Shown piece by piece: positions 54,496 through 64,000 of a DNA stretch of 64,000 nucleotides (position 1 is the first letter of the stretch; each line of letters opens with the position of its first letter). Source of the DNA: Octopus sinensis (lineage: Eukaryota). The notes beneath the pieces were generated by a model. It was given only the letters and a program-made list of their open reading frames with translations. It was not told the origin of the DNA and made no database searches. Where the stretch lies: the NCBI RefSeq assembly GCF_006345805.1, contig NC_043016.1, positions 558,001 to 622,000 of the forward strand. Reading direction: 5' to 3'. A program made the translations under genes and the position numbers.

Positions 54496-55446
54496 ACACA
54501 CACACACACATACACAAACACATCATTGCCGTTTCAAATAGCGACAGGTCAAAGCGGGAAAGCAAAAAGAGGCATTTGTGATCATGAAGTTAGGTAGGAG
54601 TGAAAATATTTGCTTCAAGAAAATGATACACTATGCCTAATACTTATAAGAGAAACCCTCTCATCATTACTAGTCACCCTAAGCCGTTATTTTCTATAAC
54701 AATTTTTAAGTGAACACCAAATAGTACGTAAAGGTGTTTTCGACTCGGATGGGATTCGAAAATGTTCAACTGTTCGAACAGTTATCTTTTTTACAAAAGT
54801 GTAGATAACATAAGGAATGATAAATTATCCACAAAAAGCTTCCTCCCACACAAATAAATGTTATTATTTGGAATGGAATAGATTTTCCATTATTGCCCTG
54901 CAGCTGCTCAACTCGTCGATACAAAATTCAAAACAAACAGCAAACCTAGATCTTGGTCAAATATGCAGAACGTACACAAAAATTTTGACGCTACACCGTT
55001 GTTCATTAACACAGATCACGCACACACACACACACACACACATGCGTGCGCGCGCACACACACACACATGCGTGCGCGCGCACACACACACACACTCATG
55101 CAGGAGCGCGATGAAATAATCACTTGGATTCTATTTACATTTTGAAACAACGAAGTTGGTTTTTCTGTAATCTATATTTAAACTTTCCTGAAATACTCAC
55201 TTTTATCACACAGTATATCTTATTGAATTCTAAATTAAATGTTTTATTTACTTGATTAGGAATATTCCCGAATGAGTATGTGTCTTAATACCGAACAAGT
55301 TTGGTATAGTTTTTGTTTTTACTTTTGTTTTCATTTAGAGAGTAAACACAATATTTGACGAGTATTGGTTGTAAGGCTTCGAACTTGCGTTTATGCAGGA
55401 AAATATTGCACACGCACAAGCACACACCGACACACACACACACATG

Positions 55447-55484
<38 letters not shown>

Positions 55485-56378
55485 CACGCACACACACACA
55501 CACACTCATGCACACACACATGCATACACACACGCGCTAACACACACACACACTCAGCACAATCATACATGCTTACATAAACAGTAAGATTAATTAATTT
55601 CCTCATATCGCTTTAAGTAATTTTATATAACATTCAGGTGTTTATGCAGCTGAATATTAAATAATTTTAATACCTGTGGTTATTCATAAAACAGTCTAAT
55701 AATATATTATATAATTTCCATACATCAAGTACGTTAAGCCATAGATTCGTGCAATAATTGAAGAATTTCCAATATGTATATATATACTGGTGGAATTGGA
55801 AGCCTGAACCTAGTATAAAGGAATTATTTCTCCATTGGTTCTTATACTAAATCAGCTGAGTCATCTAGATCAACAATAAACTATTTGATGTTACATCACT
55901 TCATATCATAACTCAGTCAACTAAAGTACCTTTACATGTTCGCCTAACCCATAGAAATAGTAGCGAAATACTCCTCTTATCATGCTTTACCATTAAGTAA
56001 AGGAAAATTAACTTTATATATGATGTGGCATTACTCATCAATAATTGTCTGTATTAATAACTGCTTCAGTACCTTTGTTTGATATAAGGTTTTGGTAAGT
56101 GTCAGCCAGGTTCTATGCAGCAGCAGCATGACCACGTGATTGGTCGCCACCAACGGCAACAACAACAACACTAACAACCACAATATATCTTCATCGTATA
56201 AGTAACAATCAACTGTAGCATAGATATATTCTAGTAAAACTCTCACTCGCACACACATCTCATCAAACTCAGAGATATATTTACTCGTTTGCTTTCAGAC
56301 ATAGTCGGTGTCCAGCATATTACTGTCTACTGTCTACTGGTTGAAATTAATAATGACGCAAGAGAATGTAGGCTTCTA

Positions 56379-56428
56379 CATACATACATACATACATACA
56401 TACATACATACATACATACATACATACA

Positions 56429-56490
<62 letters not shown>

Positions 56491-56690
56491 CATACATACA
56501 TACATACATACATACATACATACATACATACATACATACATACATACACATACATATATACATACACACATACATACACACATACACACGCACATGCATA
56601 CATACATACACACATACATACAAACATACATACATACATACATACATACATACAAACATACATACATACATACATACATGCATACACACA
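56379..56690. repeat. (ATAC)n microsatellite
   Basis: Directly visible. Confidence 0.95.
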
Positions 56691-57490
56691 CAGAGAAAGA
56701 AAGAAAGAGGCAGAGAGAGAAATGGACAGAGAAAAAGAGAGGGAGAGGTATTTACACAACTGTGCTCACTTATTACGCTAAGACATACGCTTCCATAACA
56801 CCCCTTTTCGTTCACATATCGCACCTATCGCCCGTTTTTGCAGGTGTGCGCTAATTAACATACTTACGAATACTTACAAATTGATGCACTCACACATATA
56901 CAAACAATCACACGTACACACATGTCTGCGTACACCTGTGAGCTAATTAGAAAACTCATAGGCATAGATAAACATTTTCAGAATTGAATGACCAACAGCC
57001 AATAGGTAACTTCAGTATACCTTTCTATGTGCCCTGAAGCAAAGTTATGCTGTTATCATTTCATTATAAATATAAATTCCTCTATAATCCAAACGAAATT
57101 AGTGAATTTGATTAGTTAACATAACAAACTTCACGAATTACTGGTTCATGGCATCAAAAAGTATCTGAGAAATGAAAAATGAAAACAATAGATTGATAAG
57201 AAAATAAAATTGTTGATGATGTACTTTAACTCCAGGTCATCCTTAATGAAGCAGCTCTGTAATACAAAAATAGCCATTTAGTCTTGTTCACTTGGCACGG
57301 TATATCTAAAGCTTTATTAAGTAGATTGTCCTCTCATTTAGTAAGACTGAGGTATGTGGTAAAATGGGATTTGGTCGCTATTTTTAGTTATCACTTTCGA
57401 TCTAAACTGTAAACAATTGTAATAAAGAAAGAATATAAATATTGAGAATTGCGTGCTTAATAAAATGATAAACTGAAACTGGTGGTACAT

Positions 57491-57837
57491 ACTCTTTACT
57501 CTTTTACTTATTTCAGTCATTTGACTGTGGCACAGCCTTTAGTCGAGCAAATCGACCCCAGGACTTATTCTTTGCAAGCCTACTACTTATTCTATCGGTC
57601 TCTTTTGCCTATCCGCTACGTTTCGGGGACGTAAACACACCAGCATCGGTTGTCAAGCGTTGTTGGGGGGGGGGACAAATGCAGACACACACATACATAT
57701 ATACGACGGGCTTCTTTTAGTTTCCATCTACCAAATCCACTCACAAGGCTTTGGTCGGCTCGAAGCTATAGAAGGACTGGACCCGGAACCATGTAGTTCA
57801 TAAGCAAGCTACTTACCACACAGCCACTCCTACACCT
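57491..57837 (-). mobile_element. Family B SINE with an internal deletion in the CORE region
   Basis: Head and tail present; segment between gctatagaag and ggactggacccgg missing relative to other copies. Confidence 0.88.
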
Positions 57838-58364
57838 ATAGTACATTTATTTTAATAAAATTGAAGAATAATGTCTGTAATCAATTCTACAATATTAAAT
57901 GTTTTGTGTTTGTTATTATTTAGACACCAGGTGTTTTCCAGTCTTGACCATTCCGTATCCGACATTGTACCTATATCAGATATCAATACATACATGACAT
58001 CTAGATGAACAGATGCAAGTACACTTGCATCTTTCCCAGAAATACACAGAAGTATTTGTATTGGTTTAAGGTCCAAGGAGAGAGCTATTATAGGATATCC
58101 CTATCTAAAAGACGATTACCCGATCGTCTAATAAAGGACTATTTTTTTATAAGTTCCTGGGTTTCCTAAACATATAAATAAGACTGGATGACCATGGCTG
58201 TAATATCTTTGATGTTTTCTTTTATCCAGAACCGACTCGGGTCTAGACTACAATAACATGTAATCCATTGCATGGAACTCGGTATGTTATTTACTGTATC
58301 TATCCACTTCTATGATTGTGAAGATCAAATAAGCAAAGAACGAAACAAATTATTTGAATACTGG

Positions 58365-58805
58365 TTTCTAATTTTAACACAAGGCCAGCAGGTTCGGGGG
58401 CGGTGTAAATCGATTACATCCACACCTGTGAATAACTAGTACTTATTTATCAACTCTGAAAAGATGAAACGCAAAGTCAATCTCGTCGGTATTTGAACTC
58501 AGAATGTAAAGACGGACGAAATGCCGCTAAGCATTTCCCCGTGCATACTAACGACTTTGTCAGTTCGCCGCCTTTTAAAGTGCTTAAATATAAATTTCAA
58601 GTTTTAACGCAAAGTCGGCAGTTTCGGGGGAGGGGTTCTGTCGATTGCATCGACCCTAGTACTCAACTGGTATTTATTTTATGAACTCCGAAAGAATGAA
58701 AGGTAAAGTCGACCTCGGTGGTATTTGAACTCAGAATGTAAAGACAGACGAAATGGCGTTAAGCATTTTGTCCGGCATTCTAACGACTCTACCAGTGCAT
58801 CACCA
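58365..58805 (-). mobile_element. Two tandem family A SINEs; the second has a 15-bp TSD
   Basis: TSD tttaaagtgcttaaa at 58574-58588 and 58806-58820. Confidence 0.85.
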
Positions 58806-59170
58806 TTTAAAGTGCTTAAACAGTGATTAATCATATCAGTTTCGATGGTTAATCAAGTAAATTTCAAAATTCGACTGTTTACTGACTAATGTAACCTTGG
58901 GGTGATTTGAACTCAGAAATTAAAGGAACATAACTAAATACAAGATACATTATCTGTGATACTCTTATGAATCGCTTCCATAGAAACTGAAGGGGTTAAA
59001 TGCTTTGCTAATCAGGGAAGGAAGAGAAATAGCGATAATTGACTACAGAGCTTCTGTGATAGCTTTAGTCAATTAATCTTGATCTGGAAACTCAGTCCAA
59101 GGGATTATTGAACAGTGAAATCAACACAAAACTAATGGCGTCTAAGGTAACATGTGGTATTAAATCGCAC

Positions 59171-59406
59171 AGAAGACGGCGAGCTAGCGGAAACGTTAGC
59201 ACGCCGGGCGAAATGCTTAGCAGTATATCGTCTGCCGTTACGTTCTGAGTTCAAATTCCGCCGAGGTCGACTTTGTGTTTCATCCTTTCGGGGTCGATTA
59301 AATAAGTACCAGCTACGCACTGGGGGTCGATATAATCGACTTAATCCGTTTGTCTGTCCTTGTTTGTCTCCTCTGTGTTTAGCCCCTTGTGGGTAGTAAA
59401 GAAATA
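59171..59406 (+). mobile_element. Family A SINE, 15-bp TSD
   Basis: TSD ggtattaaatcgcac at 59156-59170 and 59407-59421. Confidence 0.93.
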
Positions 59407-59981
59407 GGTATTAAATCGCACGAATGATTAAGTGTATCACAGGATAAGGTCACAGAAGGATTTGAACTTATATTGTAAAAAATCGAAAGAAACCAATGCG
59501 TCTCGTCCAATGCTGTAACAATTCCATTAAACTAGACGGCTACTTAATTTATTGTCTTTGGAAGGACGAAAGACAAAATCGACTCGTTGGGGTTTGAACT
59601 GAGAAGATAAAATGGTGGAATAAATAACGCAAGCTCAATACAGTTTATTTATGAGCTAACTGTATCTCCCACTCATTACCTTGGTGAAACGAACTTGTCC
59701 AAAAATCTATTTTTACTTCGTCTAGAATTTTAAACCACCTCGGAGTTCTTTTGTCTGTTACAAATGCATCAATCCTACGTCAGTATTAACAAAATGTAAG
59801 TTCACGCTAGATGGTTCGTACCATCTGATACATTACATGTAGATAAATTACACCCGAACTTTAAAACGCAATCGGCGTAGTCGGAATTATTTTAATGATT
59901 GCACAGTCTATTTGGAGCTAAGCAACAATAACAGTAATAAAAATAACAACGATCAGAATAGAAATATCAATGATGGAAATT

Positions 59982-60416
59982 GGATCTTTTCGGTTGAACG
60001 GGCAGTTTTTTACATAATTTCAGGAACTACCTAACTAAAAAATTTTAAACTTCGTATACTGGTAGAATGTGTTTATAAAACATCTTTTTTCTCTTGGCTT
60101 TATTGAGAAAATTCAATAGTTTGTAAGATATTTGTTGTTATTTTTCTTCAATTTCTGCAATTTCGACCAATCCTTGATGTCTATTGAGGTAAACAACATT
60201 CTGTGCCGTATGAATATGTCCCTCGTTTAAGAAACAGATTGGATTTATTTATATTTGTGAAGAAAAAAAGATATATTTCCCCCACCCCTAACCCTAATTC
60301 TAACCCTAACCCTAAAACAGATTGAAATGCAATAGATCGATACTAGGGTCATAATTATGGGTGACAATTTCATATGACACCCCTAGAAAAAAACTGCCGT
60401 TCAAACCGAAATGATC
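59982..60416. mobile_element. 435-bp MITE, ~30-bp TIRs starting GGATC, 8-bp TSD (Merlin-like), with internal telomeric repeats
   Basis: Left ggatcttttcggttgaacgggcagtttttt; right rc ggatcatttcggtttgaacggcagtttttt; TSD tggaaatt on both sides; (CCCTAA)x5 at 60286-60315. Confidence 0.88.
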
Positions 60417-60779
60417 CTGGAAATTCAATGTGCGAGATGGACCTGATAGAAATAATAGCTACATTTCTATCAAATCAATCATGCTGCCTCAATTTAAGCA
60501 ACTGGAGAACACGTACAATTCGAACTTACATACAGTGTATTTGAAAAATACATAGAACAGTTTTGATCATACAATTTATGCATCAGAGATGAGTAGAAGC
60601 TAAACAAATTGAATAAGACTATGAGAAAGACAGCTCCGAGAAATAAAGACCATTACAGTACTGATAGAAGAGTTAGAGAAATAAGACAGCGTGCCTGAGG
60701 ACCAAAGTCTGAAGCATGTCTCTGGGTGAGTGGGTATTATTTAACTGACTGTTCTGATTAAACATTTTTGGTTTATGGA

Positions 60780-61871
60780 GCATGCTACTTTAAATCATGC
60801 CCACACTACGCTATCTCTGCCTATTACCTTAAAAATTGCCTTATTCCGATACGATCTGTATGACCCACTGGTGTCTAGTTCATGTTCACATCAACACATT
60901 CGAGCAGTCCTGTCGCTTTCTGTTTTATAGAATTGTAAACGTCTGAGCAAATTTTTTAGGCTTTTGCACCCCGACATTTTATCAGCTACCTCTATATGAT
61001 ACCAGTATATGTCTAAAATACCACTCTATTCTCATTAACAATACAGAGGGACCTTCTAAAGAAAACTACTGGGAACCTGAAGAAATCCAGCAATCCTGTT
61101 TCTGTCAGAATATACTCGATCATTGAATATTTGGAATTCTCTCCTGATCGCATGCAACACCGTTGGCTTAGCATTAGAGTTGAGGTATACGGTTTGTAGA
61201 TTGAGATATAGAGCTTTTCGAACTACGCTGCCACTCCAACTCCCGGTCTAAGCTGACTGAGGGATATGTACGACATACTGTTGCTGTAGGTGTAAAGTCA
61301 GCGTTCCAGAAATATTGGTCCCGCTGATGGTTACTTCATCAATATCCAGTGATTTTAGGTGATCTCAAGCTCCATACATTTATTCTACTTACTCTTCATG
61401 CCATACTGGTCGGTATGTTGAATGTGGGAGAAACCACGAATATATTTCCTTTCATACAATGGATGACCGACTTTCTTTTGGCTAGTTGTGGATTTATCCC
61501 CAAGCTACACTTTGTACGGTATTTTATTTTTCTGCACTTAGGAAATGCACCACATCTTTGGGAAGCTGCATTAAATAGTTTATAAGATGATTTTCTTGGA
61601 TGGTACGATGCGGAATTGCTTTGTAAAAAGGTTTGTTATATTACTGCCTTTGATTATGGCTGTCATGCTTTAATGTTTACTATTCGTACTTTTCTATTTG
61701 TAGTTATATCTGTGCTGTAAGATATAATGGGAATAGGTTTGTATAGTTGGTTGGTGGCATCCATTTCCTTTCGAACATCCTGACTTTCTTTGGTTTGCTG
61801 GCTATTCATCTGTAAATTTCCTTTGTTTTCTGCTTGTCGATGATTCGTTTCACCCTTGTTGGACGACATGG
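60780..61871 (-). pseudogene. Possible degenerate gag/ORF1-like sequence with CCHC-knuckle remnants
   Basis: ATG at 61869 (MSSNKGE...YKPIPII); downstream frameshifted PLYC...WYFRH and CSN...H...SYRS remnants. Confidence 0.35.
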
Positions 61872-63282
61872 CTGAAAAGTGAAAAGGAAGGAAAAGGAGG
61901 TTTTGTGAATTATTTTATTGTTTTTGCTTTCATTGATTTATGTGGCCGTGTCAGCAGCAGTGTTTTTCTACTTAGCTGTTTTATGAAGATGTTTGAATGT
62001 CCATCTATTAGGTAGGTCGATTAAATCGGCGGGAGCAGGTGTTTTCCTAACAATTGATTTATTTCGATCGAAAGCTTTATCTTCACATCGGCCCAGTTTC
62101 CCTTTTCAGCTTGTGGACTTCGAGAAAAATCCTTTTGGGCTCGCTGTCTGTTAAACTGGATATCTCCAGTCAGCAGACGTTGATTCTTAAAGGGAGGCTA
62201 GGCACACCTAAATATGCAATTCAACGGTCGTGGTAATATTGGCTTATCATTCCATTAATATGGAATGCATGGCACGCCCTTTTGTCTTTCATTTCATTCG
62301 TAAACCTTACTTTAACCGTGCTGAACATTCTACTTCATGCCATGTCACTTTTAACGCCACATATTGGCGTCAGCTATTTTTCTATTTGAACTTGAGTTAA
62401 TCGATTCACATGACTGTTTTTCGTGCTTATGCATTTAAATATAATTTTATTGCCAAATCGACTCAGGTGCATGCAGATATACAGATCTTTCAATTTTTTT
62501 CTCTATCAGTTTCCTCACTTATGTTATAATTTCATCCGACCGCTAGCTTATTTTAGAAGCACGTGTTAAGTTTGCAAATGACCCAGTTTTAGAAACGTTC
62601 ACACATTTAACGGCGGCTAATCTAGTGTTGATGGTAGCAGCATCTTTAATACTGCTACAGAGCTGAGGCTTTGTCTGCTGGCATATAGTGCTTTCTTATC
62701 GCCTTTCATTATTATTGTTTCTGTTTCCATCGCTGCCGTCTTTGTAGCTTATTGCCATAGTTAACTATTTCGTCAGTTGTTGTTGCCATCACAGCTAACT
62801 TTTCTTGCAGCTTTGGTAGTGGTGATAACTTGGCTCTTACTAGTGCCACCCATTTTTTTTGTTACTCTTGTTGTTGCTGCAGTGTCGTAGCTACTGTTTT
62901 AGTTGTTATTGTTGCCGTCATTACCACCAAATGTCGCATTGTTGTCGGTAGTTTGTTACGCTGTTAAAGGTGGTCATGTAGTGGTTGCGCTATGAACTTT
63001 CTTCCTGCTTCTGTCTCCTTTCACAAATCCCAACACCACGTGTTGAAATGCAAAAGAAAAAAAAAGAAAGAAAAGATGCAACTAGTTTCGATAAGAATAA
63101 CGATCATCGCCTCGCATCCCCAAGATACCGGTGAGTTTAGGAGTTTAGTGATGCAGTAATACAGACCTCAGCGGAGTTTGAACTCAGATTGTAAAGACGG
63201 ACGGAACACTGTTACGCATTTCGCCAGTGTACTATACTGGTAGTTCGCCAACTTAATAATAATAATGATAAATTGCTCAATA

Positions 63283-63487
63283 TCACAGATTTGCTTGTCA
63301 GTTGTTTGACCTTAACCAGTTGAGCATTTCCCTTGGTGACTGACGATATGTGCTTGCGAACCATATGGTTCCGGGTTCAGTCCCACAGTGTGGCAGCTTG
63401 GGCAAGTGTCTTATACAATAGCCTCGGACCGACCAAAGCCTCGTGAGTGGATTTGGAAGGCGGAAACTGAAAGAAGCCCATCGTATG

Positions 63488-63554
<67 letters not shown>

Positions 63555-63752
63555 TCTGTGTTTGTTCCACTGCCGCGCTTGTGATAACCGATGCTGGGTG
63601 TTTTACGTTCCCATAACTTAGCAGTTCGGCACAGGATACCGATAGAATAAGTACTAGTCTCACAAAGAATAAGTCCCGGGGTCGATTTGCCCGACTAAAG
63701 GCGGTACACCTGCATGGCCGCAGTGAAATGTCCGAAACAAATAAAAGAATAA
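63283..63752 (+). mobile_element. Repeat E fragment fused to a family B SINE
   Basis: E sequence ...gacgatatgtgc joins the B head at ttgcgaaccatatggttcc. Confidence 0.85.
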
Positions 63753-63769
63753 ACGAATATTGACAATGA

Positions 63770-64000
63770 ATGGAGTGCCTGACCAGTGAAACGCGCCTTC
63801 TAGATAAAGGGAAAGAGTAGGCGCTCCTGTTTGGCCACATGTGGACTGAGACAAGGTACGACAATCAGGCGGTATAATATAACGGAGGTGATGCATGCAT
63901 TCGCCACCTTTGCTCAGACTTTCAAGGATCGTTCTCTTTCGGCCCATTTCTGGGTGATATCGGCCATTCAGTTTGTCACCCTTCCCAGCTCTTCTCCGTT
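63770..64000 (-). mobile_element. Tx1 LINE fragment C (runs off the window end)
   Basis: ITQKWAERERSLKV*AKVANACITSVILYRLIVVPC, homologous to Tx1-B LTQNWSGRALSLLGKAEVV...TYRLTVVPC. Confidence 0.75.

Overview
AT-rich, microsatellite-dense eukaryotic genomic DNA that is almost entirely transposon-derived. It looks like intronic or intergenic sequence. The SINE repertoire resembles what I recall for octopus/coleoid cephalopods (inference, not verified). I found no intact host protein-coding gene; most ORF-track calls are microsatellite artefacts or decayed LINE fragments. LINE content: about 8 decayed R4/Dong-type RLE LINE pieces (all on +, one near full length), one near-complete CR1-group ORF2, three Tx1-type pieces, an RTE 5' fragment and a possible degenerate gag-like ORF1. 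Other content: more than 25 tRNA-derived SINEs from several modular families, mariner and Merlin-like MITEs, a Helitron-like element and a U6 snRNA fragment. The most interesting signal is a modular SINE/LINE system visible within the window. One tRNA head carries four different tails. Two SINE families share the CR1 LINE 3' end, including a stem-loop with compensatory changes. Another SINE tail matches the Tx1 3' UTR. There is also an endonuclease-less Tx1 preceded by a SINE head, and two locally templated inverted insertions flanked by direct repeats. All coordinates and identities were read by eye.
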